Source: an uncultured Gammaproteobacteria bacterium (lineage in GTDB: Bacteria; Pseudomonadota; Gammaproteobacteria; UBA9214). Taken from it: 64,000 bases of DNA. The stretch spans positions 73,108 to 137,107 of the forward strand of contig CAWGNW010000019.1 in the NCBI GenBank assembly GCA_963824045.1. Direction: 5' to 3'. The translations under genes were made by a program, and so were the position numbers. The notes beneath the pieces were generated by a model, which searched no databases, had not been told where the DNA came from, and saw nothing but the letters and a program-made list of their open reading frames with translations. Shown here piece after piece: positions 10,699-20,862 of the stretch. The first letter of the stretch is position 1; each line of letters begins with the position of its first letter.

Positions 10699-11860
10699 AT
10701 GTCTGAACCCTACGTAATCAAGATGCCCCAGCTCTCCGACACCATGACCGAAGGGGTCCTGGTCAGCTGGGAAAAGAAAATCGGCGACAAGGTCTCGCGC
10801 GGCGATATCGTCGCCACCGTGGAGACCGACAAGGCCGTCATGGACGTGGAAGTCTTCCGTGAGGGTTACCTGTCCGGACCGATCGCGCCGGTCGATGCCG
10901 TCGTCCCCGTTACGCATGCCATCGGCTACCTGGTCGACAGCCAGGACGAGGTCAATGACAGTGAGGCCGGCGCGTCTGCGCCGCCGTCCGCTGCCGCACG
11001 CGCCCCGGCACACGCTGCTCAAGCCGCACCAGCCGTCGCCGTGGCAGCGCCCGCGAAGCCGGTCATTGCACCCGGTGCGGCGCCGGCCCCGCGCCCGCAG
11101 GCAGGCAAGGCCTCGCCGCTGGCGCGCAGGCTGGCGGCGCAGCAGGGTACCGATCTGGACCGTATCAGCGGCTCCGGACCGGGCGGCGTGGTGACGGCTG
11201 CCGATATCCAGCGTGCACCGGCGCCCTTCGAGGTGTCGGTCCCGGGCAACGGCCGTCCCATGAAGTCCATGGAAAAGGCCATCGCACGCGCCATGGCTTC
11301 CTCGATCTCCATGCCGACCTTCCGGGTGACTTCGCACATGCACCTGGAAACCCTGATGCGTGCCGCGAAGTCGGCCGGCGTTTCGGTGACCGTGGCCATT
11401 GCCAGGGCCTGTGGCCTGGCGATGCGCGAGCATCCGAAGATGAACTGGTGCTACCAGCCGGACGACAAGCTCATCGAACGCGACCAGGCCGATATCGGCA
11501 TGGCGGTGGCCGCGGATGACGGCGGGCTGGTGGTGCCGATCCTGCGCGGCTGCGAGTCCCGGGAACTGGCCGAGCTGAACAACGACTGGAAGGACCTGGT
11601 GGCGCGCGCCCGCACCCGCCATCTGCAGCCGGAGGAATTCACCGGCGCCACCTTCCAGATCTCCAACATGGGCATGTTCGACGTCAGCTATTTCGACGCC
11701 ATCGCCACACCCGGGACTGGCAGCGATTCTCGCCATTTCCTCGAATACCGAACAGGGCAGCGCCTTTACCATTACCGCGGATCACCGCGTCGTCAACGGG
11801 GCGGACGTGGCGAAGTTCCTGTATTCCCTGAAGGGTCTGATCGAGCAGCCATTCGACTGG
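10699..11860 (+). pseudogene. dihydrolipoamide acyltransferase E2 (lipoyl domain plus catalytic domain), +1 frameshift near 11716; no in-frame stop before the E3 region
   Basis: Lipoyl motif VETDKAVMDVEV. The catalytic tail ...AAILAISSNTEQGSAFTITADHRVVNGADVAKFLYSLKGLIEQP continues in the next frame. Confidence 0.8.
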
Positions 11861-13370
11861 ATGGGGCCGGGTGGCCCGGCCATTCCGGAAGGTGACTGGG
11901 ATTACGACGTGGTCGTCATCGGCGGCGGCCCCGGCGGCGAGGACTGCGCCCGCGACCTGGTGGCGCACAAGCTGAAGGTGGCGCTGATCAACGATTCACC
12001 CTTCCCCGGCGGCGAGTGCCTGTGGCGCGGTTGCATCCCGTCCAAGGCGTGGCGTGCGGCAGCGGATCGCATGCGCGACCGCGCCGGGGATGCGCTGCTG
12101 GGTGTCACCGGCACCAGCAAGGCCAGCCTGGTATGGAAGGACCTGGAGGCGCATCGCCGCCAGGTGCTGGAAGCGCGCGGCGAAATGGCGCTGAAGACCG
12201 ACAAGGGCGTGCGCATCGACTACCTCCAGGGCTTCGGCAGCTTCGTCGACGCGCATACGGTGGCTATCCATACCGCCACCAACCAGAAGGACCCGCATAT
12301 CCGCGCGGCGACAGCCGGCGGGCAAGGCGGCGAAGACCATGAGCTTCGGCTGTGCCGTCATCGCGACCGGCGCACCGCCCTTCGTGCCGCCGATCCCGGG
12401 TGCGCAGGAAGGCCTTGCCAGCGGCGGGGTGCTGACCTCGGATACCGTGTGGGGGCTGGCTGCGCCGCCGAAGAAGCTGGCCGTGGTCGGCGCCGGCGCC
12501 ATCGGCGTGGAGATGGCGCAGATCTTCCAGGACTTCGGTGCGCGCGTGACCCTGCTGGAAGCGCAGGAGCGCATCCTGGCCGAGGTCGAGCCGGAGATCG
12601 CCACGTACCCTGTCCGGCATCCTGGATGACGAGCCGCGCCTCGAGGTGCATACCTCGGCAGCGGTCACCGCCATCAGCGGCGAGCCGGGGGCCATGAAGG
12701 TCGCCTGGACGCGACGCCGCAGGCAAGAAACACAACCTGAGCGGTGGACTATGTCATCATGGCGACCGGCAAGCGCCCGGTGCTGGACGGGCTCGGGCTG
12801 GAAAGCGCCGGTGTTGCCAGCGAGCGCAGCATCGTCAAGGTCGACAGCCGCTGCCGCACCAGCGTGCCGCACATCTTCGCGGTCGGCGATGTCATCGGCG
12901 GGCTGATGCTGGCGCACACCGCCGCGCAGCAGGGCCGGGTCGGTGCCGCCACCATCCTGGGCGAGAACCTGCGCTACGATCAGGACAGGGATTGCGGCGT
13001 GATCTTCTCGCGCCCGCAGGCGGCCTTCGTCGGCCTGTCGGTGGAGCAGGCAAAGGCGGCGGCATCGACGCGGTCGAGGTCAAGGTGCCGATGAACATCG
13101 ATGCCAAGGCGATGATCAACAACGAGACCCATGGCATGATCAAGATCGTGGCCGACAAGGCCAGCCATCGCATCGTCGGCGTGCATTTCCTCGCCGACCA
13201 CGCCGACACCCTGATCGGCGAGGCCGTGATGATGGTATCCGGCAACATGACCCTGGAGCAGGTGGGCGAGGCCATACACCCGCACCCGACCCAGACCGAA
13301 CTGTTCGGCGATATGGCGAGGCGACTGCTGTCGCGTCTGCGTCGCAGCCGGAAAGACCACAAAGGCATAA
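11861..13370 (+). pseudogene. lpdA: dihydrolipoyl dehydrogenase-like E3 (pyridine nucleotide-disulfide oxidoreductase), at least 5 frameshifts as sequenced
   Basis: DYDVVVIGGGPGG, the redox centre GGECLWRGCIPSK, VVGAGAIGVEMAQ, FAVGDV and HPHPTQTE follow in order. They lie in alternating frames, with switches near 12315, 12603, 12712, 12743 and 13060. Confidence 0.8.
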
Positions 13371-13372
13371 AC

Positions 13373-14603
13373 ATGTCCGATATCAAGAAAGTCGTACTGG
13401 CGTATTCCGGCGGTCTCGATACCTCCGTCATTCTCAAGTGGCTGGAGGAGGTCTACGATTGCGAGGTGGTGACCTTCACCGCCGACATCGGCCAGGGCGG
13501 GGAGATCGAGCCGGCGCGCGCCAAGGCGCAGGCCATGGGCGTCAAGGAAATCTACATCGAAACCCTGAAGGAGGAATTCGCGCGCGACTTCGTGTTCCCC
13601 ATGTTCCGCGCCAACACCATCTACGAGGGCGAGTACCTGCTTGGCACCTCGATCGCGCGGCCGCTGATCGCCAAGCGGCTGGTGGAGATCGCGCGGGAGA
13701 CCGACGCCGATGCCATCGCCCACGGCGCGACCGGCAAGGGCAACGACCAGGTACGCTTCGAACTGGGCGCCTATGCACTGAACCCGGACATCCGGATCAT
13801 TGCCCCGTGGCGCGAATGGGACCTGACCTCGCGCGAGACCCTGATGGCCTACGCGGAAAAGCACGGCATCCCGGTGGAGCAGAAGCAGGGCAAGAAGTCG
13901 CCGTACTCCATGGATGCCAACTCCCTGCACATCTCCTACGAGGGCGGCATCCTGGAAGATCCCTGGGCCGAGCCGGAAGAGGATATGTGGCTGTGGACGG
14001 TGTCGCCCGAGAAGGCACCGGACGCGCCGACCTACGTCGAGATCACCTTCGAACGGGGCGATGCCGTGGCCATCAACGGCAAGTCGACCAGCCCCGGCAT
14101 GATCATGGAAACGCTGAACAGGCTGGGTGGTGACAATGGCATCGGCCGCACCGACATCGTCGAGAACCGTTACGTCGGCATGAAGTCGCGCGGCTGCTAT
14201 GAAACGCCCGCCGGCACCATCCTGCTGAAGGCGCATCGCGCCATCGAGTCGCTCACGCTGGACCGGGAAGCGGCCCACCTGAAAGACGAACTCATGCCGC
14301 GCTATGCCTCGATGATCTACAACGGCTACTGGTGGAGTCCCGGAGCGGCGCCTGCTGCAGGAACTGATCGATGCCTCGCAGGAGCACGTCAACGGTACGG
14401 TGCGCGTGAAGCTCTACAAGGGCAATGTCATCATGGCCGGCCGGCGTTCCGAGAGCGACAGCCTGTTCGACGAGCGCATCGCGACCTTCGAGGACGATGC
14501 CGGTGCCTACAACCAGAAGGATGCCGAGGGTTTTATCCGGCTGAACGCACTGCGCATGCGGATTGCCGCGCGCCAGAAAAATCTCGACCGGCGCAGGAAA
14601 TGA
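13373..14603 (+). pseudogene. argG: argininosuccinate synthase, one +1 frameshift near 14342 as sequenced
   Basis: [19 protein letters not shown]... runs to ...IYNGYWWSP. The next frame then continues [29 protein letters not shown]... Confidence 0.9.
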
Positions 14604-14703
14604 ATGCCTGCGCCGTCGCAGCGGCGCGGCCGGAACAGCGGGAGGCAACAGGGTGCCGGCAAGCGGCCGGCTCTGCAGGGAAACACAGCACAGGGGGGCG
14701 TGC

Positions 14704-15072
14704 ATGATCAGATTGATTACCTGCCTGAAACGGCGTGATGATGTGTCGCCGGAGGAATTCCGCCGTTACTGGCAGGATGCGGCATTCGATGAGCTGATTG
14801 CGGACATTGTGAAACTGAGCGGCGCGGAACGCTGTGCAAAGAACCTGACGCTTGGCGTCGAGGCCAACACCCTGCTGATGCAGGAGCGCGGCCTGGCCGA
14901 ACCGTTCGACGGCATCATCGAATACTGGTGGCATGATGCCGCGAATTTCGAGGCCCTGTACAGCAGCGAGGCACGCAAGGCCCTGATGCAGGAGATGCAG
15001 GACTACCAGGGCCGGTTCGCCGACCTGGCGGCCTCAACCTCCTTCTTCACGGAGAGCCGCGAAACCTGCTGA
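14704..15072 (+). CDS. EthD domain-containing protein
   Basis: 122 aa. [25 protein letters not shown]... resembles the EthD family N-terminus. Confidence 0.65.
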   Translation: MIRLITCLKRRDDVSPEEFRRYWQDAAFDELIADIVKLSGAERCAKNLTLGVEANTLLMQERGLAEPFDGIIEYWWHDAANFEALYSSEARKALMQEMQDYQGRFADLAASTSFFTESRETC

Positions 15073-15139
15073 GCGAAATAACCACGCCCGGCTGCAGCCG
15101 GTGCGTCAACCAACCTGGATGCCTGGAGTGGCGAAGACC

Positions 15140-15526
15140 ATGAGATTACTTCATACCATGCTGCGGGTCGGCAACCTGCAACGCTCCATCGATTTCTATA
15201 CCGGTGTTCTCGGCATGCGCCTGCTGCGCCAGAAGGACTACCCGGACGGCAAGTTCACCCTGGCCTTTGTCGGCTACGGCGACGAGACCGACAACACCGT
15301 CATCGAACTCACCTGCAACTGGGATACCGATCACTACGACCCGGGCACGGGTTACGGTCACATCGCGATCGAGGTGGATGACGTCTACGAGGCGGTGGAG
15401 GAACTGCGCAGCCGCGGCGGCAAGGTCATTCGCGATGCCGGTCCCATGAACGCCGGCACCACCATCATCGCCTTCATCGAGGACCCGGACGGCTACCCGA
15501 TCGAACTGATTGGCCGGAAGCAGTAA
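15140..15526 (+). CDS. gloA: lactoylglutathione lyase (glyoxalase I)
   Basis: [21 protein letters not shown]...[11 protein letters not shown]...[15 protein letters not shown] is near-canonical GloA. Confidence 0.92.
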   Translation: MRLLHTMLRVGNLQRSIDFYTGVLGMRLLRQKDYPDGKFTLAFVGYGDETDNTVIELTCNWDTDHYDPGTGYGHIAIEVDDVYEAVEELRSRGGKVIRDAGPMNAGTTIIAFIEDPDGYPIELIGRKQ

Positions 15527-15653
15527 TTCGAAGCATGCCATACCTGCCTCTCCACTCATGTCATGAAGTCGCTGCCGTCAATCGTGCAGCGCGCTCCCCG
15601 TCGCCTGCTGCCGGTTTCCGGCACCGGGGCAGCACATCCTGGAGGATGCGCCG

Positions 15654-16601
15654 ATGTTAACGGCCTATGCCATCGATAACGGGCGTCTCGTTCAGCTGCA
15701 TCCCGAGGATGGCGCAGACTGGCTGCGCCGGTCCCGCTGGCTCGACCTGGTCGATCCGAACGATGAGGAACGTGCTGCGGTGGCCTCCGTTTTCGAACTT
15801 CCCCTGCTCGACATCGAAGACGTCGATGAACTGGAGGCCAGCGCACATCACGTCAGCTATGCGAGCGGCGTCCAGGTCAACAGCCTGTTCTTCCACCAGC
15901 TGGAGGACGAGCCGCGCAACACCAATGTGTCTTTCGTCTACGACGGGGAAAGGCTGGTCTCGCTGAGTTCCAGGGAGATCCCCCACGCCCGCCTGCTGCG
16001 CATGAGGAACCAGCGCGGCTCCCTTGACCTGGAGGACGCGTTTGCCTTGCTGCTGTCGCTGCTGGAGATCAAGGTGGATGCGCTCGCTGACGAAATGGAG
16101 CAGGCCTACCGGACGCTGGAGGATATCAGCCGTCTGGTGCTGGGGCGCGACGCGGATGATCTGGAAGATGCTATCGATGGCCTGGCCGAGCAGGAAGATC
16201 TCGTCGGCAAGGTCAGGCTATGTCTGATGGACGGTCAGCGCGACCTCAAGTTTCTCTACCGGCAGCGCGACTTGCAGCCGGAGCAGCGCGAGTGGATCAC
16301 CGAGATGCTGAGCGACATCGAAACCCTGCTGCCCCACAATACCTTCCTCTCGGAGAAGGCAGATTTCCTGCTCAACACTGCCCAGGGTTTTCTCAACATC
16401 GAGCAGAGCCAGATCATGAAGATTTTCTCGATTGTCGCGCTGGTGTTTCTGCCACCCACCCTGATCGCCGCCATCTACGGAATGAATTTCAGGCTCATGC
16501 CGGAACTCAACTGGCCATGGGGCTATCCCATCGCCCTCGGGCTCATGGTTGTCGCGGGGATCAGTCCGTATCTTTATTTCAAGCACAAGGGCTGGTTCTA
16601 G
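15654..16601 (+). CDS. corA: CorA family magnesium/cobalt transporter
   Basis: 315 aa with a C-terminal YGMNF motif and two TM helices. ATG follows GGAGGA. Confidence 0.88.
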   Translation: MLTAYAIDNGRLVQLHPEDGADWLRRSRWLDLVDPNDEERAAVASVFELPLLDIEDVDELEASAHHVSYASGVQVNSLFFHQLEDEPRNTNVSFVYDGERLVSLSSREIPHARLLRMRNQRGSLDLEDAFALLLSLLEIKVDALADEMEQAYRTLEDISRLVLGRDADDLEDAIDGLAEQEDLVGKVRLCLMDGQRDLKFLYRQRDLQPEQREWITEMLSDIETLLPHNTFLSEKADFLLNTAQGFLNIEQSQIMKIFSIVALVFLPPTLIAAIYGMNFRLMPELNWPWGYPIALGLMVVAGISPYLYFKHKGWF

Positions 16602-16811
16602 ACGCCGCGTTTCCCTGTGCAATGCGGCCGGGTCTGCAAGTCCCGGTCTCTGACAGCCTGCCACGATGCATCCGGAAACCGTGGTCTGTCCTGTATTGTC
16701 CGAAGGGAATGCTCTACAGGTTGTGAGGCCAGGGGAACGACGTAAGGGATTCCGCGTATATCCGAGCTGCCAATCAAATCTACTCACTGTTAGCATCACC
16801 GGAGATTATTA

Positions 16812-17269
16812 ATGAAGAATATTTTAATAGGGACGCTGCTTGTGTTTAGTACAGCTTTTATAGCCGAAGGCTATAAGGTTATCGGTTTTGCGGATTCCAG
16901 TAAGGCGAAGTCCAATGATTGGTTTCTTCTTACCGTTAGTATGTCACAAGGACATACTGCAGCTTCCGTGCTATTTGCGGGAAGCTTAATGTAAAAGAAT
17001 TATGGGATGGTGTTGGTGAGCCTGGGTCATCAATTGGTGATGCAATAACTGCAGCAAAGTGGTTCTACAGAGAGCAAGGAGAGCTCAGACCGAGTGGTGT
17101 GAATCTCAATTCGGCTTTTGGCTGTGATACCAGTGTCTGGTTCTATCTTGTTGAATTAAAAAAATCTAACGCACCTAAGGAGAATACGGTAACGCATGAG
17201 GACGTTCTGAGAGTTGTTATCCTAACTAGCGGAGAAATTATTGCCCCATACAGTCCTGCAAATAAGTGA
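16812..17269 (+). pseudogene. cassette 1: secreted hypothetical protein, apparent frameshift near 16975-16990
   Basis: The signal peptide MKNILIGTLLVFSTAFIA is in frame 0, which stops at 16994. The ATG-less frame 2 continues ...KELWDGVGEPGSS...APYSPANK to a stop at 17269, immediately before attC. Confidence 0.45.
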
Positions 17270-17330
17270 TGCTAACAACCGCCTCCAAATCGACGCGGCT
17301 ACGCCGCGCGCTTGAGGCGAGCTGTTATGT
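17270..17330 (+). repeat. attC-like site 1
   Basis: TGCTAAC...GTTATGT. The arms AACAACCGCCTCCAAATCGACGCGGC and GCCGCGCGCTTGAGGCGAGCTGTT form an imperfect inverted repeat. Confidence 0.7.
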
Positions 17331-17346
17331 GCAATAAGGTGAGAAG

Positions 17347-17712
17347 ATGATCTCCAAGAGAATACTTTTCTCTTTGATCCTGGCCATAGTTTCGTTGCCT
17401 GCTTGCACGGATCCATTTGATGAAGAGAAAAAGAATTATGAGCCGTGGTATTTTGAGGCGGGGCCAGACAAGCTTTATGTATTGAAAGACCTAACAAACA
17501 AAATACATTACGATAAAGTAGAACAGGTTCTCGAGTATTATTGTGTTGACTATCACCGCGTTGGCCCAACACAAATTGAATTCACAAAATCCGAAACTAT
17601 CGACATGATTATGAATTACCGATCGAAGGCTGAAGACCAAACGTGGTGGGCACAGCATATAGAAGGACAACATCGTGAATGTCATGACAAAAATAAGCAA
17701 CAAGGCACATAA
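17347..17712 (+). CDS. cassette 2: hypothetical lipoprotein
   Basis: 121 aa. Lipobox-like LPAC follows a hydrophobic signal sequence. The stop TAA lies inside the attC inverse core. Confidence 0.6.
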   Translation: MISKRILFSLILAIVSLPACTDPFDEEKKNYEPWYFEAGPDKLYVLKDLTNKIHYDKVEQVLEYYCVDYHRVGPTQIEFTKSETIDMIMNYRSKAEDQTWWAQHIEGQHRECHDKNKQQGT

Positions 17713-17796
17713 CAAGTTGTCCGAGCCGACGCGGGAAAGTTCTGCGGCGCTTCCTTGCGGGCTTCTAGTGCGCGCGGTTCGACTCAAACGTTGCAT
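17707..17796 (+). repeat. attC-like site 2
   Basis: ACATAAC...GTTGCAT. The arms AACAAGTTGTCCGAGCCGACGCG and CGCGCGGTTCGACTCAAACGTT are imperfectly complementary. Confidence 0.7.
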
Positions 17797-17815
17797 TTAT
17801 GAGGTGGAGCAGAAA

Positions 17816-18367
17816 ATGGCGCAGGAAAACACAAGGTCTCTATTCAACGCACGACTACTTCGCCCCGAAAAAACGCACAACGGCAACTCATGGGCTTTCG
17901 TGATTCTGCCCAAAAAAGCAAGTGCAAAGCTGCCGAGGCGTGGTCGAACAACGGTAACAGGAACCATGAACGGCCAAGGTTTCAAGGCTTTACTTGAGCC
18001 GGATGGTCAGAAAAGTCACTGGCTGAGAATCGACCGGAAGCTGCTCAAGGATTCAGGCGCAGATTTTGGTGACGTTGCTAAATTTGAAATCATGGCTGTC
18101 GAGCAGGAGCCTGAACCTGAAGTCCCCTCTGACCTAGTTAAAGCCTTACAGGTCTCCCATGAAGCCCGGGCCACTTGGGAGAACACGACAACAATCGCAC
18201 GCCTCGACTGGATTCATTGGATTACATCAGCCAAACAGGCGAAGACGCGCACGAAGCGGATTAACGATGCATGTGAAATGCTCGCCTCTGGAAAGAAAAG
18301 AGTGTGTTGTTTTGACCCTTCGGGCTACTACAGCAAGGCGTTCAGTCCACCGCAAGCCGCAGATTAG
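17816..18367 (+). CDS. cassette 3: DUF1905 plus YdeI/OmpD-associated family protein
   Basis: ATG at 17816 follows GAGGTGGAG. The DUF1905-like N-terminus is SWAFVILPKKASAKLPRRGRTTVTGTMNG. The YdeI-like C-terminus is LDWIHWITSAKQAKTRTKRI. Confidence 0.7.
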   Translation: MAQENTRSLFNARLLRPEKTHNGNSWAFVILPKKASAKLPRRGRTTVTGTMNGQGFKALLEPDGQKSHWLRIDRKLLKDSGADFGDVAKFEIMAVEQEPEPEVPSDLVKALQVSHEARATWENTTTIARLDWIHWITSAKQAKTRTKRINDACEMLASGKKRVCCFDPSGYYSKAFSPPQAAD

Positions 18368-18393
18368 ATAATGGCAATTGCACTGCCAGATGT

Positions 18394-18492
18394 GCCTGTC
18401 AAATCGTTGCAGCGGGCATTTGACCCGCCACCCGTTTTTGCTGTCTCAAAAACGGGCGTCGCCTCAAATGCCGCTGCACTCAGGCGTTAGGC
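18394..18492 (+). repeat. attC-like site 3
   Basis: GCCTGTC...GTTAGGC. The outer arms TGCCTGTCAAATCGTTGCAGCGGGCATTTGA and TCAAATGCCGCTGCACTCAGGCGTTAGGCA pair. The central perfect hairpin is CCCGTTTTTG/CAAAAACGGG. Confidence 0.8.
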
Positions 18493-18516
18493 ATCAATTT
18501 AAATAGAGAATTGAAA

Positions 18517-19179
18517 ATGACACAAGTTCGAGTTGAAAGCTTTACTGTTTCGATTGACGGATATGGGGCGGGTCCAAATCAAGACATCAACAATCCGCTT
18601 GGCGTTGGCGGGGCAGATTTGCACCAGTGGCTGTTCCCGACGTTGACCTTCCAACAGGCCCTGTTTGGAAAGAATGAGGGCACAACGGGAATTGACAATG
18701 ATTTTGCTGCACGCGGGTTTCAGAATGTTGGGGCTTGGATTCTCGGACGGAACATGTTCGGGCCAATTCGTGGAGCCTGGCCGGACATGGAGTGGAAAGG
18801 ATGGTGGGGAGATAACCCACCATATCACGCTCCCGTCTTCATCTTGACGCATCATGAGCGTCCGTCTATCGAGATGAAGGGAGGTACGACCTTTCACTTT
18901 ATAACAGGCGGCATTGGCGAGGCGCTTGACAGTGCACGTGAGGCAGCTGAAGGAAAGGACGTGAGAATTGTTGGTGGGGTTAACACGATACAACAATATC
19001 TTCGTGAAGGTCTCGTTGATGAGATGCACATTGCTATATCTCCGGTTCTACTCGGCGGCGGAGAGTGGCTATTCGAAGGAGTGGACTTGCGGACTTTGGG
19101 ATACGAATGTATAGAATATGTGGCATCAGAAAAGGCCACGCATGTAGTTCTACGGCACCAATCACACAAGAATGCCTGA
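18517..19179 (+). CDS. cassette 4: dihydrofolate reductase family protein (RibD C-terminal domain type)
   Basis: MTQVRVESFTVSIDGYGAGPNQ...WLLGRNMF-like and ...VDEMHIAISPVLLGGGE are typical of the RibD_C family. Confidence 0.7.
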   Translation: MTQVRVESFTVSIDGYGAGPNQDINNPLGVGGADLHQWLFPTLTFQQALFGKNEGTTGIDNDFAARGFQNVGAWILGRNMFGPIRGAWPDMEWKGWWGDNPPYHAPVFILTHHERPSIEMKGGTTFHFITGGIGEALDSAREAAEGKDVRIVGGVNTIQQYLREGLVDEMHIAISPVLLGGGEWLFEGVDLRTLGYECIEYVASEKATHVVLRHQSHKNA

Positions 19180-19275
19180 CAATGTGCTGCACCCGAATTA
19201 TTTTCCGTTGCTCCTTTTGTGCTTATCAGCACAAAAGCATCCACTCCAAAAAATCGGGTGAGCATAACGTTATTC
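19174..19275 (+). repeat. attC-like site 4
   Basis: GCCTGAC (contains the ORF stop)...GTTATTC. The outer arms pair. The central perfect hairpin is CTTTTGTGCT/AGCACAAAAG. Confidence 0.75.
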
Positions 19276-19285
19276 CTGCTAAGAA

Positions 19286-19879
19286 ATGAGCGATATAGGT
19301 AAAAGAATCGACGCGATAATCAAGGAAGGCCTGGCGCCTTTGTTGAAAAAGGAAGGCTTTAGAAGGAAAGCCAGGAATTTCTATCGTGAGTATCAAGATC
19401 GAATTGAAGTAATTAACGTTCAAGCCGGCAAATGGAATGAAGGGGTAGAAGGGCAATTTACTATAAACGCAGGAGTTTATTACCCGGAGATTGCAGAAAT
19501 AACGGAAGCGATTCCGATCAAGGGGATGCCGAAAGAATATGATTGTACTATCAGAGAGCGAATTGGTCTTTTGACGCCCGAAAAGAAAGATGAATGGTGG
19601 AAAATAGACAGTTCAACTAATGATTCAGAGGTTTCGGAGCGTGTTGCAAAACAAGTCGAAGTTCTTTGTCTTCCGTGGATTGCGCAAATGTCTACTCTAA
19701 ATGATGTAAAAACCGCTGTCGCTAAAAACAATAGAGCGTTTGTAGCTGCTGGAATAGCCTTGTATCAGGGTAATCTTGAAGAGGCTTCGGAATATATAGA
19801 ACAGGCTCTTAAGCAGCAACCATTAGCAAAATCAAAAATAAATACTTGGGCTAAGAAGCATGGCCTGGTTCAGGCATAA
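19286..19879 (+). CDS. cassette 5: hypothetical protein (DUF4304-like, tentative)
   Basis: 197 aa, starting 17 nt after the GTT core. Its stop lies in GCATAAT. The family assignment is from memory only. Confidence 0.55.
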   Translation: MSDIGKRIDAIIKEGLAPLLKKEGFRRKARNFYREYQDRIEVINVQAGKWNEGVEGQFTINAGVYYPEIAEITEAIPIKGMPKEYDCTIRERIGLLTPEKKDEWWKIDSSTNDSEVSERVAKQVEVLCLPWIAQMSTLNDVKTAVAKNNRAFVAAGIALYQGNLEEASEYIEQALKQQPLAKSKINTWAKKHGLVQA

Positions 19880-19942
19880 TAATGCGCTCGCAGGGATGCT
19901 TCATCGCTGTGCGGCTTGCGCCCCACAGATTTAACGTTGATA
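19874..19942 (+). repeat. attC-like site 5 (weakest pairing of the set)
   Basis: GCATAAT...GTTGATA, with only partial arm complementarity. Confidence 0.5.
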
Positions 19943-19967
19943 TGAATTAATTCTGGACACCTGAATA

Positions 19968-20606
19968 GTGAAAACTATTCTTTGCTACGGCGACTCAATA
20001 ACATGGGGTTATATCCCAGGAAATTCAGGCCGGTATCCATTGAGTCAGCGCTGGCCTTCGGTGCTTCAGAATGAGCTTGGCAGGGAATATCATGTTGTTG
20101 CTGAAGGCCTGACAGGACGCTACACGGTTCACGAGGACGCGTTTCGCGTTGGACGAAATGGTGCTGCTTTGCTCCAACCTATTTTGGAGACTCATTCTCC
20201 GATAGACCTTCTCATCATCTTTCTTGGTACAAATGACGTATTGCACCATGCTGAATTATCTGCACTAGATGCAGCTCGTGGTGTTGAAATCCTGGGCAAG
20301 ATTGCACTGGCAAGTGAAATGGGTCCATCAGGTGAAGCCCCAGGAATAATGATCATATCACCTCCACGAATTCGAGCACTTTCTGAGGAACTTTCACTAT
20401 TATGTCGTGGGGATCCTTCCAAATCTGAAGAATTTTCGACATATTTCAAAGAGATTGCAGTTAAGCGCAATTTATTCTTTTTGGATGCGGCTGAAATCGT
20501 TGAGCCAAGCACAGTAGATGGTGTGCACCTTGATGAAAAGGCTCATGCGCTCTTGGGAAAAGCAGTTGCAATAGAAGTAATCAGTATTTTTAAAGCGGAA
20601 ACATAA
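19968..20606 (+). CDS. cassette 6: SGNH/GDSL hydrolase (arylesterase-like)
   Basis: GTG start. MKTILCYGDSITWGY (block I GDS), a GxND block (FLGTNDV) and a C-terminal DGVHL (DxxH) are present. Confidence 0.8.
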   Translation: MKTILCYGDSITWGYIPGNSGRYPLSQRWPSVLQNELGREYHVVAEGLTGRYTVHEDAFRVGRNGAALLQPILETHSPIDLLIIFLGTNDVLHHAELSALDAARGVEILGKIALASEMGPSGEAPGIMIISPPRIRALSEELSLLCRGDPSKSEEFSTYFKEIAVKRNLFFLDAAEIVEPSTVDGVHLDEKAHALLGKAVAIEVISIFKAET

Positions 20607-20661
20607 CTGTCGGCTGCATTTAATGCCCGCTTCGCAGACGTAAATGAGCCATCTGTTATAT
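20601..20661 (+). repeat. attC-like site 6
   Basis: ACATAAC (contains the stop)...GTTATAT. The arms CATAACTGTCGGCTGCATTTA and TAAATGAGCCATCTGTTATATG pair. Confidence 0.75.
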
Positions 20662-20862
20662 GCATAAAGGAGGAAAAAAGTGTCGGTGACAATCAGGAAT
20701 GATACAGATTTGTCACCGACCCCTTTTAATGGGTTGTTGTTTCGAAAGTGCTGATTTCCCGCAGCACTGATTGTGGCCTCCCGGAACGTCTCCACCCGGA
20801 AAAGCACCATTTCTATCAGAGCCGCATTATTGACTTTCAGGTTGAACTGCCAAAGTATTCGC

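Noticed and set aside
10093-11772. Very long antisense ORFs inside high-GC genes (e.g. 10093..11772-, 12980..14392-, 40553..42013+, 43956..45140+, 45847..47379+, 50055..51362+, 57789..59051+, 59081..60814+)
   Set aside because: Each lies opposite a gene with clear family motifs. Their translations are Arg/Gly/His/Gln-rich with no recognisable domains. They are typical shadow ORFs of GC-rich DNA.
10699-14603. A genuine E2-E3-ArgG polyprotein
   Set aside because: The same stretch contains at least 9 obvious single-base indels, and out-of-frame stops sit at the expected gene ends. Missing stops are more simply explained by additional indels.
16601-16812. Integron integrase / attI next to the first cassette
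   Set aside because: Only ~190 bp of non-coding DNA separates corA from the first GTT core. No tyrosine-recombinase-like ORF occurs here or anywhere in the 64 kb, hence the CALIN interpretation rather than a complete integron.
20752-20754. In-frame TGA of cassette 7 as selenocysteine or programmed read-through
   Set aside because: No SECIS-like element could be argued from sequence beyond a generic 7-bp hairpin. The conceptual protein has no recognisable family. Decay or sequence error is more likely.
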